A stretch of DNA of 64,000 nucleotides, taken from the NCBI GenBank assembly GCA_965219415.1, contig CBDCNP010000002.1, positions 640,001 to 704,000 of the forward strand. The letters are read 5' to 3'. The stretch is from Candidatus Marinacidobacterales bacterium. GTDB taxonomy: Bacteria > Acidobacteriota > Vicinamibacteria > Marinacidobacterales > DATDRI01. The first letter of the stretch is position 1; every line of letters starts with the position of its first letter. The notes beneath the pieces are model-generated. The model saw nothing but the letters and a program-made list of their open reading frames with translations. It searched no databases and was not told where the DNA came from. The position numbers and the translations under genes are program-made. Shown here piece by piece: positions 9,343 to 20,320 of the stretch.

Positions 9343-10248
9343 ATGAAGATCGCCGTTACCGGGGCCACCGGTCTCATCGGCACCGCCCTCAGCGAGAGGC
9401 TTCACAAGCAAGGAAACGAAATTATCGCGATCTCGCGACGAAAGAATCTCTCGTCACCTTATAGCGTCGTCCATTGGAATGTGGAGCGCGGGGAGCTCGA
9501 TACGTCAGCCCTCGAGGGCATCGATGCGGTCGTGCACCTGGCCGGAGAGACGATCGCGGAACGATGGAGCGCAAGAAAGAAGGCACTTATCCGTAGCAGC
9601 CGCGTCGAGGGGACCAAGCTTCTGGTCGAAGGCTTGAAGAGTCTCTCCAAGAAACCCTCGGTGCTTGTCAGCTCATCCGCTATCGGTTTCTATGGAAACC
9701 GGGGTGACGAAGAGCTAGACGAGAGTGCCGCCCCGGGCACGGGATACTTGCCGGAAGTCTGCCAGGACTGGGAAGCAGAGGCGGCCCGTGCGGACAAGCT
9801 CGGAATGAGAGTCGTGCGCATGCGAGGAGGCATCGTCTTGTCCACTAAAGGGGGGGCATTGGCGAAAATGCTGTTGCCGTTCAAGCTTGGTCTCGGCGGA
9901 CCCGTCGGAAGTGGGCGGCAGTGGATGTCTTGGATTCACATTGATGACGTCGTGGGTGGATACCATTTCGCCCTCCACCAGCCGGAGTTTCATGGTGTCG
10001 CCAACTTGAACGCGCCTAGACCGGCCCGAAACCGCGAGTTCACCAAGGCTCTGGGACGAGCCGTATCGCGCCCGGCCTTGCTCCCGGCACCCGGGTTTGC
10101 GCTGAAGCTGGTTTTCGGCGAAATGGCCCAGGATCTGCTACTCGACGGCCAAAGGGTCTTGCCTCGCCACTTGGAGCAAGCGGGTTTCAAGTTCCAATAC
10201 CCCGGTCTGGACGAGGCGCTGCGGGACATCATCTCGGCACGCAAATAG
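9343..10248 (+). CDS. TIGR01777/YfcH-like NAD-dependent epimerase family protein
   Basis: TGATGLIG, LVSSSAIGFYG, GRQWMSWIHIDD. Confidence 0.92.
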   Translation: MKIAVTGATGLIGTALSERLHKQGNEIIAISRRKNLSSPYSVVHWNVERGELDTSALEGIDAVVHLAGETIAERWSARKKALIRSSRVEGTKLLVEGLKSLSKKPSVLVSSSAIGFYGNRGDEELDESAAPGTGYLPEVCQDWEAEAARADKLGMRVVRMRGGIVLSTKGGALAKMLLPFKLGLGGPVGSGRQWMSWIHIDDVVGGYHFALHQPEFHGVANLNAPRPARNREFTKALGRAVSRPALLPAPGFALKLVFGEMAQDLLLDGQRVLPRHLEQAGFKFQYPGLDEALRDIISARK

Positions 10249-10299
10249 CCTCGCCGGCCCCCAGGGACGCCCGCAAGGAGCCTGATATAATGGCGCCAT

Positions 10300-12609
10300 A
10301 TGGAATTTGACGCTCCTCCGGGGGATTTCCCGAAAGCTCCTCAACAACCCTCCGAACCCTCGCATCGCGGCGCGCGCTTGGTGCATTGGTTGGTCCTGCT
10401 CTTTTTGTTTGTGTTGTCCGTCGCGGGTGGCTCCCTCACCGGATTACTGATTGCCTATCAAACCGACCTGCCCCAAATCGAGACCCTGGAGGACTACAAG
10501 CCGAGCATCATCTCCGAACTCTACTCCGACGAGGGTAACGTCATCGCGGAATTCGCGGTGGAACGGCGGGTGGTGATCCCCTTCGAAGAAATCCCGCCAT
10601 ACCTCAAGGACGCCCTGGTGGCGACCGAGGACAAACATTTCTACCGACACCCTGGGATCGACCCCACCGGCATCGCGCGGGCGGCATACGTGAACATGGT
10701 GCAAGGGCGCCGCGGCCAGGGTGGGAGCACGATCACGCAGCAACTCTCACGCCTGTTGTTCCTCACCAAGGCGCTTACGTACGAGAGAAAAATCAAGGAG
10801 GCGATCCTCGCTTTTCAGATCGAGAAAAACTACACCAAAGACGAAATCCTCACGCTTTATTGCAACCAGGTGCCCCTCGGAAAGGGCGTCTACGGCGTTG
10901 AGGCAGCCGCACAGTTCTATTTCGGCAAGCCGACGCGAGATTTGTCGCTCGAGGAGGCCGCTCTGATCGCTGGCTTACCCGGCCGCCCGGCGACATTCAA
11001 CCCGTTTGACAACCCGGAGCGCGCATTCGTGCGCAGGAACCACGTGCTCAACCGCATGTACGAGGAGCGGTTCATCCTCAAGGATGTTAAGAACGCCCTC
11101 CAGCAGCGGCCCATCCAGATACGTCGACGGGAGCGCAGCGACGAAATGGCCGCCTACTTCGTGGAGGAAGTCCGGCAGTACTTGGAGCACAAGTACGGAA
11201 GCCAGCGGATCTACCGCGGAGGACTTCGCGTCTACACGACGTTGAGCGAAAGCATGCAACGGTCGGCCGAAAAGGCTATGGACCAAGCTCTCCGAGATCT
11301 CGATAAACGGCAGGGGTTCCGCCCGGTTGAGTTCAACGTACACAGAGATACGGAAGGCGCCATCGACGATTTCGTGGCCGACGATTGGGGAGAGCCGCTT
11401 TCGGTCGGAGAAGTCGTGACCGGGGTGGTTACAGCCGTCGACGACCGAAAGGCGACGGTGTGCATCGATCGCTACACCGCAACGGTGGATGCCAAAGCCA
11501 TCGAGTGGACGAAAGAAAAACGGCCCGCCGCCATCCTCAAGTTGGGCGATGTCACCGATTTCAAGATCCAATCCATCGACCCTCCAACCGAAACGGTGAC
11601 CGTCACTCTTGAGCAAGAACCGGTGGCCGAAGGGGCCTTCCTGGCCCTCGAGACCAGAACCGGCCAAATCAAAGCGATGTTTGGCGGCTTCGACTTCGCG
11701 CGCAGCAAGTTCAATCGTGCTGTGCAGGCGCGCCGACAGCCCGGATCGGCGTTCAAACCCTTTGCTTACGCCGCAGCTATCGACGCCGGATTCACCGCCA
11801 CCTCCCTCATCCTCGATGCCCCGGTCCAATATCAAGATCCGATAACGGAGGAGATCTACGAGCCATCGAACTACAATGGCAAGTACGAAGGATGGGTCAC
11901 TCTTCGCCGAGCCCTCGAGGCCTCTCGCAACGTGCCGGCGGTCCGTTTGACCGAACAGATCGGACCCGAAAAAGCAGCGGAGATGGCCCGCCGATTGGGA
12001 CTGGCCGGACCCCTTCCACCTTACATGAGTTTACCGCTGGGCTCAGCGGAAGCGAGCCTCATCGAGATGGTATCGGCCTACTCCGCATTTCCCAATCAAG
12101 GGATCAGAATGCGGCCCTACTTCGTTACCAAGGTGACGGATAGGGACGGCAACCTCCTCGAGGAGGCCCACCCCAAGGCGGCCAGCGCCATCCGTGCCGA
12201 CACCGCGTACATCGTGACTAGCCTGTTGCAGGGCGTCGTGCAACGAGGCACCGGAGCGCGGGCGGCTCAACTGGGACGGCCGATGGGGGGTAAGACCGGA
12301 ACCACCAACGACTATACGGACGCGTGGTTCATCGGATTCGACCCCGGCTTAGCGGCAGGCGTTTGGGTCGGTTTCGACGAGAAACGCTCTTTGGGAGAGA
12401 AAGAAGTTGGAGCACGGACCGCGCTTCCCGCCTGGATCAGCTTCATGGGTGAAGTGAGAGCGGATTCACCGGTTGAGGACTTCTCTGTTCCCTCGAACAT
12501 CGTCTTTGTTCCGGTGGATCGGCATACCGGTTATCCGAGCCACAGTTCGGGTAAGGATGTGATCTTGGAAGCGTATATATCTGGCACCGAGCCAGCGGGG
12601 TATCCTTGA
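10300..12609 (+). CDS. Class A penicillin-binding protein 1A
   Basis: Transglycosylase EDKHF and GGSTITQQL; transpeptidase SAFK, SRN and KTG. Confidence 0.95.
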   Translation: MEFDAPPGDFPKAPQQPSEPSHRGARLVHWLVLLFLFVLSVAGGSLTGLLIAYQTDLPQIETLEDYKPSIISELYSDEGNVIAEFAVERRVVIPFEEIPPYLKDALVATEDKHFYRHPGIDPTGIARAAYVNMVQGRRGQGGSTITQQLSRLLFLTKALTYERKIKEAILAFQIEKNYTKDEILTLYCNQVPLGKGVYGVEAAAQFYFGKPTRDLSLEEAALIAGLPGRPATFNPFDNPERAFVRRNHVLNRMYEERFILKDVKNALQQRPIQIRRRERSDEMAAYFVEEVRQYLEHKYGSQRIYRGGLRVYTTLSESMQRSAEKAMDQALRDLDKRQGFRPVEFNVHRDTEGAIDDFVADDWGEPLSVGEVVTGVVTAVDDRKATVCIDRYTATVDAKAIEWTKEKRPAAILKLGDVTDFKIQSIDPPTETVTVTLEQEPVAEGAFLALETRTGQIKAMFGGFDFARSKFNRAVQARRQPGSAFKPFAYAAAIDAGFTATSLILDAPVQYQDPITEEIYEPSNYNGKYEGWVTLRRALEASRNVPAVRLTEQIGPEKAAEMARRLGLAGPLPPYMSLPLGSAEASLIEMVSAYSAFPNQGIRMRPYFVTKVTDRDGNLLEEAHPKAASAIRADTAYIVTSLLQGVVQRGTGARAAQLGRPMGGKTGTTNDYTDAWFIGFDPGLAAGVWVGFDEKRSLGEKEVGARTALPAWISFMGEVRADSPVEDFSVPSNIVFVPVDRHTGYPSHSSGKDVILEAYISGTEPAGYP

Positions 12610-12686
12610 GGAGGCGCCGCGTGTGGGCGCCCAAACAGTGGCGTTGCCTCGGCTACATCGAGGCAGGGCGCCGGAGCTAGAAGCCA

Positions 12687-13301
12687 ATGAAGAAAGTCTT
12701 TGCTGCAGGGTGTGGCGTTCTTGTGTTGGTGGCATTGCTGGTCGCGGCGGTCGCAGTTCTGTGGGGCCTCGGGTCTTACAATCGGCTGGTTGGCCTCGAC
12801 GAGCAGGTCAGTGCCTCCTGGTCCCAGGTCGAGAACGTGTATCAGCGGCGAGCCGACTTGATTCCCAACTTGGTCAACACCGTCCAGGGCGCAGCAGATT
12901 TCGAACGAGAAACCCTCACCGCCGTCATCGAGGCCCGAGCCAAAGCCACGTCCGTCCAGCTGACGCCGGGAGAGTTGAGCGATCCCCAAGCGCTGGCTCG
13001 ATTCGAGCAAGCCCAGAGCGGACTAGGAAGCGCCCTGGGACGCCTGATGGTGGTCGTCGAGCGTTACCCCGATATCAAGGCCAATCAGAACTTCGTCCAG
13101 CTCCAGGACGAGTTGGCCGGTACGGAGAACCGAATCGCCGTCGAGCGCAAACGCTTCAATGAGTCCGCGCAAGCCTTCGATACGGCTCGGCGACGCTTCC
13201 CCACCGTCATGATCGCCGGTTGGTTGGGATTCGATGAGAAGGCCTATTTCCAGGCGACTCCAGGAGCGGACCAACCCCCGGTCGTCGATTTCGATTCCTG
13301 A
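12687..13301 (+). CDS. lemA: LemA family protein
   Basis: YQRRADLIPNLV, ERYPDIKANQNF..LQDEL.GTENRIAVER. Confidence 0.93.
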   Translation: MKKVFAAGCGVLVLVALLVAAVAVLWGLGSYNRLVGLDEQVSASWSQVENVYQRRADLIPNLVNTVQGAADFERETLTAVIEARAKATSVQLTPGELSDPQALARFEQAQSGLGSALGRLMVVVERYPDIKANQNFVQLQDELAGTENRIAVERKRFNESAQAFDTARRRFPTVMIAGWLGFDEKAYFQATPGADQPPVVDFDS

Positions 13302-13445
13302 CCGACGCCTTGCCCAAGTATGGTCGTGGCAACAACCCCCGTTTAGCGTCAGAAACCAAACGACTCAAAATCTAAGCGCCACATACTCAATAGCAATATA
13401 TAAACACCTAAAATACAGCGTGTTAGCGTTGCGATAGATCCATCC

Positions 13446-13474
13446 TTGACAATTTCACACTAAATTTGTATAGT
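13446..13474 (+). promoter_or_regulatory. Sigma70 promoter of lon-cbpA, overlapped by an HspR-operator-like site (13445-13465)
   Basis: TTGACA-N17-TATAGT; CTTGACA-N7-ACTAAAT matches the HAIR consensus CTTGAGT-N7-ACTCAAG at 10/14 positions. Confidence 0.7.
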
Positions 13475-13574
13475 TAGTAAGCATCGACAGGTAATAACCG
13501 GCGTCCAGGCGGGCACTGAAACGTGGGATGCCCTACTTTCGAGGCAAGGCCTGCTTGATGACCGAGGAGAATAA

Positions 13575-16007
13575 ATGACAACCAAAGAGCAGAAGCAGCC
13601 GACTCCAGAGGGAATCCAAGGGGCGATTCCTATCCTCCCATTGCGAGACACATCCATTTTTCCACACTCCATCCTTCCCCTTGCCGTGGGTCGAGAGAGC
13701 ACGGTTCGATTGCTCGAAGAGAACTCGGACACCGCCGAGTTCATCGGTGTTGTAACCCAGCGTGATGCCACCATCGAGACGCCGACCGGCTCCGATCTCT
13801 ACGAAGTGGGCACCGGGGTCAAGATTCACAAATCGGTTCGAATGCCCGATCGGTCGGTTCGGTTGGTTGTTCAGGGCTTGTTCCGATTCCGGGTTCTTCG
13901 GGTAGTCCAGACTGCCCCCTACATTCGCGCCGACATCGAAGTCCTCTCGGATGTCATCTCCCCCGAAGAAGAGCTAGAGATCGATGCTCTGACCCGTAAC
14001 CTGCAGTCGGTCTTCTCCAAAGTCGTCGAGCTTTCACCCAATCTCTCCGACGAGGTCTCCTCGCTGAGCTCCGCTACCCAAGGTGGTAGCCGCCTGGCAG
14101 ACTTCATAGCGCAGAACCTTCCCAGCCTAGAGACGCCGGCCCGCCAAACCGTGCTCGAGACCTTGGAGGTCAGGCAACGGTTGACCCTAGTGCACCAGGC
14201 CCTGTTGCGGGAGCAGGAAGTCCTCGAGCTGGGGAACAAGATCGAATCCCAGGTCAAGGACGAGGTGGGAAAGACCCAGCGCGAGTATTACTTGCGCGAG
14301 CAGCTCAAGGCCATTCAGAAGGAGCTGGGCGAGACCGACGAAAACACAAAAGAAGTCGAGGAGCTCCGCCAGAAGATAGAAGACGCCGGCATGCCGGAAG
14401 AAGCGAAGAAAGAGGCCCTGCGTGAAGTCAACCGCCTCGCCAAAATTCCGCCAGCCTCTGCCGAGTACACGGTCGGACGCACCTATCTCGACTGGATCGT
14501 CCGCGTACCCTGGTCCACTCGCACCGAGGACGTCTACGATATTCCCAAGGCCAAAGAGATCCTAGAGGCGGACCATTACGACCTGGAGAAGGTTAAGGAT
14601 CGGATCTTGGAGTTCCTCGCGGTTCGAAAGATGAAGCCGGATATCAAAGGCCCCATCCTGTGCTTCATGGGACCTCCGGGCGTCGGCAAGACAAGCCTCG
14701 GCAAGTCGATCGCCAAAGCCCTGGGTAGGAAGTTCGCTCGCATTAGCCTGGGCGGGATTCGCGACGAGGCGGAGATCCGGGGTCACCGGAGAACCTACAT
14801 CGGAGCACTGCCGGGGCAGATCATTCAGAGCCTCTACCGCGCCGAGTCCAAAAATCCGGTGTTCATCTTGGACGAGATCGACAAGCTAGGAATGGATTTC
14901 CGGGGCGATCCGAGCTCCGCCTTGCTCGAGGTGCTCGATCCCGAGCAGAACAACTCGTTCCGGGATCACTATCTCGACCTGCCGTTCGATCTGTCGGAGG
15001 TGCTCTTCATCGCGACCGCCAACATCATGGATCCCGTTCCGCCGGCCCTCAAGGACCGCCTGGAAGTCATCCATCTGGCCGGTTACACCGAAGAAGAGAA
15101 GATCGAGATCGCGGAAAGGCACCTCATTCCACGCCAGCTCGAAAATCATGGGCTTAAACCGGACGTGGCCCCCCGATTCACTCGTGAGGCTTTGGCGGAA
15201 ATCATCCGCCACTACACGAAGGAAGCCGGTCTCCGAAACGTGGAGCGGGCCATTGCCTCGATTTGCCGCAAAGCGACCAGGAAATGGGCGGAGGGCGCTA
15301 CCGAACCGGTGACCGTCACCCCGGAATCCCTTCAGGAATTCCTGGGTGCACCGACGTTTCTATCTCGCGAGATTTCCGAGCGAGTCAAGGTGCCGGGAGT
15401 TGCAATCGGAATGGCGTGGACTCCGGCAGGCGGAGACATTCTCTTCGTCGAAGCCTCCAAGGTAAAAGGCGCCAAGAATCTTCAGCTGACCGGCCAGCTG
15501 GGCGACGTCATGAAAGAGTCGGCGCGCGCGGCCCTCACCTGGGTCAGGGCTCATGGTCAGGAGTTAGGACTAGACGCTGATTTCTACCGCCGGCTCGACC
15601 TCCACCTTCACGTCCCGGAAGGCTCGATTCCGAAAGATGGCCCTTCGGCAGGTGTGACCATGGTGACCGCCTTGGTATCGGTACTGACCGGAACACCGAC
15701 GCGCCATGACGTCGCCATGAGCGGGGAAATCACGCTGACCGGACACGTCCTCCCAGTAGGCGGGCTCAAGGAAAAACTCCTAGCCGCACATCGCTACGGG
15801 ATCAAGACGGTCATCATTCCCAAGCTGAACGAAAAAGCAGTGCTAGAAGATCTTAGCAAAGGGATTCGCGAGGAGCTCACCATCCATCTGGTCTCGAACC
15901 TGGACGAGGTATTAAAGATCGTATTCCCCGCCTTGGCTCCCGGCCTGCTACCGCCAGCCCCGCTTCCCGGCGGTACCGATCCTTCGCGCCACATCCCCTT
16001 GCAGTGA
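13575..16007 (+). CDS. lon: ATP-dependent protease La
   Basis: GPPGVGKTS Walker [27 protein letters not shown] catalytic Ser. Confidence 0.97.
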   Translation: MTTKEQKQPTPEGIQGAIPILPLRDTSIFPHSILPLAVGRESTVRLLEENSDTAEFIGVVTQRDATIETPTGSDLYEVGTGVKIHKSVRMPDRSVRLVVQGLFRFRVLRVVQTAPYIRADIEVLSDVISPEEELEIDALTRNLQSVFSKVVELSPNLSDEVSSLSSATQGGSRLADFIAQNLPSLETPARQTVLETLEVRQRLTLVHQALLREQEVLELGNKIESQVKDEVGKTQREYYLREQLKAIQKELGETDENTKEVEELRQKIEDAGMPEEAKKEALREVNRLAKIPPASAEYTVGRTYLDWIVRVPWSTRTEDVYDIPKAKEILEADHYDLEKVKDRILEFLAVRKMKPDIKGPILCFMGPPGVGKTSLGKSIAKALGRKFARISLGGIRDEAEIRGHRRTYIGALPGQIIQSLYRAESKNPVFILDEIDKLGMDFRGDPSSALLEVLDPEQNNSFRDHYLDLPFDLSEVLFIATANIMDPVPPALKDRLEVIHLAGYTEEEKIEIAERHLIPRQLENHGLKPDVAPRFTREALAEIIRHYTKEAGLRNVERAIASICRKATRKWAEGATEPVTVTPESLQEFLGAPTFLSREISERVKVPGVAIGMAWTPAGGDILFVEASKVKGAKNLQLTGQLGDVMKESARAALTWVRAHGQELGLDADFYRRLDLHLHVPEGSIPKDGPSAGVTMVTALVSVLTGTPTRHDVAMSGEITLTGHVLPVGGLKEKLLAAHRYGIKTVIIPKLNEKAVLEDLSKGIREELTIHLVSNLDEVLKIVFPALAPGLLPPAPLPGGTDPSRHIPLQ

Positions 16008-16013
16008 TCGGCT

Positions 16014-17048
16014 GTGGATTACAAGAATTACTACCAGACGCTCGGCGTCTCGAAGGGTGCGAGTGAAAAGGAAATCAAGCAGGCGTATCGACGCCTGGCA
16101 CGTAAACACCATCCCGATGTGAACCCCGGTGATCGCGGGGCCGAAGTCCGCTTCAAGGAGATCAACGAGGCCCACGCAGTCCTTTCGGACTCCGACAAAC
16201 GACAGAAATACGATCAACTCGGCGCCAATTGGCAGCAGTACGAGCGGGTCGCGCAGCAAGGTGGTGGAGGTGGCTTTCCACCGGGATTCGAAGGATTCCA
16301 CGTCGAGTTCGAGGGTCAGCCCAGTGCGGAAGGGTCTGGAGCTTTCTCTGACTTTTTCAAGATTTTCTTCGGCGGTGACTTCGATGCCGATTCAGTCTTT
16401 GGAGGGGCCGGACCCGAATCGGGGCGACGCCGGGGACGGAGGGGCGCGCGCCGGGGACCCCGGGGAGGCGGATTCGGTTTCGATCCGCCCGCGTCCAAAG
16501 GCCGTGACGCTTTCGCGCCTCTGGAGATTAGCCTAGAAGATGCGTTTCGTGGAAGCCAAAGGCGACTCGCTCTACAGGGGCATCCGGGTTCGCCCCAGCA
16601 GCAGATCGAGGTCAAAGTCCCGCCGGGAGTGAAGGACGGCTCTCGAGTACGTGTGGCCGGCAAGGGTGAGCCCGGGGTCGGCGGAGCTCCTGCGGGAGAT
16701 CTTTACCTCGAAGTCAAGCTTCATCCTCATTCGCTCTATCGTCGTCAAGGCGACGATCTCTGCGTCGACGTCCCGGTAACGGTGAGCGAAGCGGCGCTCG
16801 GCGCCGAAGTAGAGGTCCCCACTTTTTCCGGCAAGACGCGCATCAAGATCCCCGCCGGCTCTCAAAGCGGAAGGCTGCTACGGCTCCGTGGAAAAGGCAT
16901 GCCGCAGCTCAAGAAGAAGGGTCACGGCGACCTGTTTGCGAGAGTGAAAGTCGTCACACCCACGGAGCTTTCCGAAAAGGAACGCGCACTTCTCGAAGAG
17001 CTGCGCGATCTAGGCTCGGCGGACCCGCGGGCGCATTTCGCGAGCTGA
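16014..17048 (+). CDS. cbpA: Class B J-domain protein (CbpA-like)
   Basis: J domain with HPD, G/F-rich region, DnaJ C-terminal domains, no zinc finger. Confidence 0.85.
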   Translation: MDYKNYYQTLGVSKGASEKEIKQAYRRLARKHHPDVNPGDRGAEVRFKEINEAHAVLSDSDKRQKYDQLGANWQQYERVAQQGGGGGFPPGFEGFHVEFEGQPSAEGSGAFSDFFKIFFGGDFDADSVFGGAGPESGRRRGRRGARRGPRGGGFGFDPPASKGRDAFAPLEISLEDAFRGSQRRLALQGHPGSPQQQIEVKVPPGVKDGSRVRVAGKGEPGVGGAPAGDLYLEVKLHPHSLYRRQGDDLCVDVPVTVSEAALGAEVEVPTFSGKTRIKIPAGSQSGRLLRLRGKGMPQLKKKGHGDLFARVKVVTPTELSEKERALLEELRDLGSADPRAHFAS

Positions 17049-17057
17049 GCGAACCGA

Positions 17058-17330
17058 CTAACCAGACCCTCCTACCGTTACCATGACCTTCGCGGCATAG
17101 CTTGCAGGGTCGATGCGTTTTGCCGATTCGGTCTGCGGATCGAGCTAGGTGATCGTGATGGACAGTTCCTCGAATTCCTGCGTATCGCTACCGCCCGGCG
17201 GAACCCTGAGCGTTAGATCGGTGGTACCGCCGCCTCGGGAAGCCCGGAAGATCACAACCGCCTCGCCGGCGACGACGCGATTCGCGTCCTTCGGGCAGCG
17301 AGAGTCCCAAGCGACGCAGCATCTCGAGGA
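17058..17330 (-). pseudogene. Fragment of a 'DSRCP' family hypothetical lipoprotein
   Basis: DSRCPKDANRVVAGEAVV...ITIT-TAG(17145)-LDPQTESAKRIDPASYAAKV; N-terminus missing. Confidence 0.5.
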
Positions 17331-17427
17331 GCCGAGCAGCCTGTGGACGGAGAACCCCATGCTCCTTTCGGCGTCTGAGTCGAGACCGGTGCTTTTTTCT
17401 CCACCTCTGGGCGCCTGACGGTTTTCT

Positions 17428-17622
17428 TTAACGGGCCTGCTGTTCGATTTGCGCGGCGAGCTCGAAGAATCTCTCGATGTATTGTCGGAGCTTCTCTCTT
17501 TCCCCTGAGCCGAGATTCACGAAGGCGACGCCTACCCCGGCGGGCCGACTCTCTGTTTGGGGTGTGACCTGGTTGTTGGACCAAACCACCTTGGCCTCTA
17601 CCTCGAGTTTGCCGAGATTCCA
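17428..17622 (-). pseudogene. C-terminal half of a PilZ-domain protein
   Basis: WNLGKLEVEAKVVW...GVGVAFVNL...EKLRQYIERFFELAAQIEQQAR*; aligns with the PilZ gene at 39535-39912. Confidence 0.7.
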
Positions 17623-17624
17623 CC

Positions 17625-17790
17625 CATGGAGCTCACCATGATGATGCGGGCCGCTCGATCTTGGGCCACGATGCCCTCCACGGCCTCGATACCTTCCATC
17701 TCCGGCATAGTGATATCCATCAACACCAGATCAGGCCGCAGCTTTACGTACTTCTTGATCGCCTCGCGCCCGTTGGCGGCGAACCCGGCG
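17625..17790 (-). pseudogene. CheY-like response regulator fragment
   Basis: ANGREAIKKYVKLRPDLVLMDITMPEMEGIEAV...IIMVSSMG; cut at the 5' side by a transposon end and fused at the 3' side to the PilZ fragment. Confidence 0.8.
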
Positions 17791-17799
17791 GGTTTTCCA

Positions 17800-19232
17800 C
17801 CCCGTCCTGTGCCAAAACTCGGCCTTTTTGAAATAGGCCATAAATCAGCAACTTAGTGTCTGTGTTTGCGACCGGGCCAAGGGCCGTGGGCTTTACAATC
17901 GTCTTGGGCGGGCGGGTCGTCACCATGCAGATGACCACCTAGTCGAGAGCGAATATCGAAGCGTGTTCCTGAAGCGGTTTCCACGCTACGCCGGTCGAGC
18001 CCGCCGAGTGGCTACCGTCGCCGGCGACCATCTACGCGGCACGGCAGTAGTAGTTGAGAATGCCCCCAAGTCGCTCTCGCGACACGATGGGGCCAGCGTC
18101 ATTCGCGCTTGCCGGCAGAGGTGTGATGAGCTCGTTGCCGAGACCTTGGTGGTTCCGTTCTGTGTGATAGTGCACTACGTATTCGGTTACCGCTGTGCGC
18201 AGGTATCGCTCACTGAGAGGTACGAAGCGGTCGAGACACTCTCGACGTATGGAGAGAACGAATCTTTCCGCATATGCGTTCAGATTCGGACTATTAGCGG
18301 GAAGGCGAAGGGGCTTCACGCCTGAATCTCTCAACAGCCCACGTACCGCCTCGGTGAATAGCGGGTCCCGGTCGTGGATGAGGTATCGCTTGCCAAGGAG
18401 GAAACCATCCCACAGGTCAGTGAGGTTTCTTGCCACCTGCTTCATCCACTCCCCGTTGGGGTCCGACGTTATCCACCGATGCACACGCAGCGAGTGGCGA
18501 TATCGATGACAAACAGGACATGGTAGCGGACGAGCCCGAACGGGTTCACCACCTCGACGGTGAACAGGTCTGTCGCAGCGATAGCGCCCCAATGAGCCTT
18601 GATGAAGGTGCTCCACGACATGCTCCTGCCCCGCTCCGGAGCAGGAGCGATACCGTGCTCGGCGAGGATCCTCTTGATAGTATTGCGTCCGAGTTCATGT
18701 CCGAGGTTCTTGAGTGCATCCCGCAGGCGCGTATATCCCCACGTCGGGTTCTCCTGCGCCACGCGCACAATGAGCTCACGGATGTCCTTCGCCGTCGGAG
18801 GTCGGCCTGGACTCCGGTTCTTGCTGCCATCGTACCTGGCTGCGATGAGGTGGCGGTACCAGCGCACAAGCGTAGCGGGTGTGGCAACGGACGCAATCTG
18901 GGCCAACGCCTCGCGGCCCAAAGCCTGGGCCTTGACCGCGAGCCTGCGCCGGTCGTCGTCCGAGAGACTGAGACGCTTGCCCCGAAGCCCGGCTCGGAGC
19001 ACACGGTTCTCCTCTTGCTGGTAGTCGATCACATCCTGCTGCTGGCGGTTGACCCAGCCAGCTAGAACGAGCAGTAGGAATTGCACGTGGTACGTCATCA
19101 TGGAGCTGAAGATAACACCCTCGGGCCAGACGATTGTAAAGCCTACGGCCCTTGGCCCCGGCGCAAACACAGACACTAAGCTGCTGATTTATGGCCTATT
19201 TCAAAAGGGCCGAGTTTTGGCACAGGACGGGG
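17800..19232 (-). mobile_element. IS-like element with integrase-core (rve) transposase and ~105-bp terminal inverted repeats
   Basis: 17800-~17905 and ~19127-19232 are near-perfect inverted repeats beginning CCCCGTCCTGTGCCAAAACTCGG; no target duplication; flanking genes are unrelated. Confidence 0.85.
18032..19101 (-). pseudogene. Integrase-core-domain DDE transposase with one frameshift (~18470)
   Basis: [39 protein letters not shown], split across two frames. Confidence 0.88.
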
Positions 19233-19720
19233 ACGCGAGGAACGGTCGACATCACCCGCACGAGAAAGTAGATCGACCACACGTACCCCGCGGCGAAAGG
19301 GATGTCCTTGGGATTGTTGAAACCGTGCCCCCAAAAACGTGGGGTGAGCAAGAGCAGGAGCGTGGCGAGAAACGCCGTGCGCGCCGTGCCGATCTCACGG
19401 GCGAGAAACCAGCAACCGAGCGCGCCGGCGAAAGCTACGAGCGCGTTGAGAAGATGGCGGGAGTCGTAGACGTCGAGGGGCAGGAGCCGTTTCCCTACCG
19501 CACACAGCAGATCGAAAGCCGCGCCGTAGTAGTAGAGGTCGAGGTAGCGGAACGCCTCCCGATCACGAAAGCCGGACGCGAAGTACTCGTAGACGCCGTC
19601 CCCGTACCGCACGTGGGACGCTTCATCCCACGTCACACCGTAGTCGGTGAACGTGAGCGACACGACGGCCAGTGCGATCCCGAACAAGACCACGGACCAC
19701 CGACCGTAGGAGCTCGAGCG
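19233..19720 (-). pseudogene. GT-C (PMT/ArnT-like) glycosyltransferase, 3'-truncated
   Basis: DYGVTWDE, GHGFNNPKDIPFAA; the frame runs into the transposon end. Confidence 0.75.
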
Positions 19721-19725
19721 TGAGC

Positions 19726-20259
19726 TCAAGACGCGACGGCTTCGACCGTGACCTCGAACCCCGCGTCCGAAAGATCGCTTTCGGAAACCTGGAAACGTTC
19801 GGCCGAAATGCCACGCGCCGCGAGACCGTCGAGGACGGCTTTGGCGCGCTCCCCTGGCGGTGCCGGGACTTCGAGCGGGCCACGGTGGCCTCGGATCTCG
19901 GCGGGAACGTCCGGATGGGCTTCGAGCCAGTTGGCGATGGAATCGAGCACGCGCTCCGCATCGTCGTCGATGGACGCCTCGCCCCGCCCGAAGACGACCG
20001 TCGCGCTCGGTCGTAGGACGTCGTCGAAAGACATGCTCGTCGGCGGAGCCTCGTCCACAATTTCGAGCGAGTAGTTCCCGTCCGTAGCCCAGACCTGGCA
20101 CCAGGTGTCTCCACAGCCGTCGTTGTCTTGACGGTAGACGACCACCATTTGCTGATCCTCTCCACCGTGCCGCTCGGTCGTCAGTTTGGATTGAGGCACG
20201 GGCGCGATTCTGGGACACGCCTCCAACGAGAGGGCCGGCAGGACGGCCGCGACGCTCAT
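19726..20259 (-). CDS. OmpA-like peptidoglycan-binding domain protein
   Basis: VVFGRGEASID...LDSIANWL.AHPD...IRGH...ERAKAV...GISAERF. Confidence 0.65.
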   Translation of the reverse strand: MSVAAVLPALSLEACPRIAPVPQSKLTTERHGGEDQQMVVVYRQDNDGCGDTWCQVWATDGNYSLEIVDEAPPTSMSFDDVLRPSATVVFGRGEASIDDDAERVLDSIANWLEAHPDVPAEIRGHRGPLEVPAPPGERAKAVLDGLAARGISAERFQVSESDLSDAGFEVTVEAVAS

Positions 20260-20320
20260 GACGACATCCTACCTCACCTTGTCATCGGCCGGGGTTATCT
20301 ATACCATCGGCGTCACTTCC

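Noticed and set aside
17145-17147. In-frame TAG as pyrrolysine or readthrough
   Set aside because: The gene is otherwise truncated and no pyl context is present
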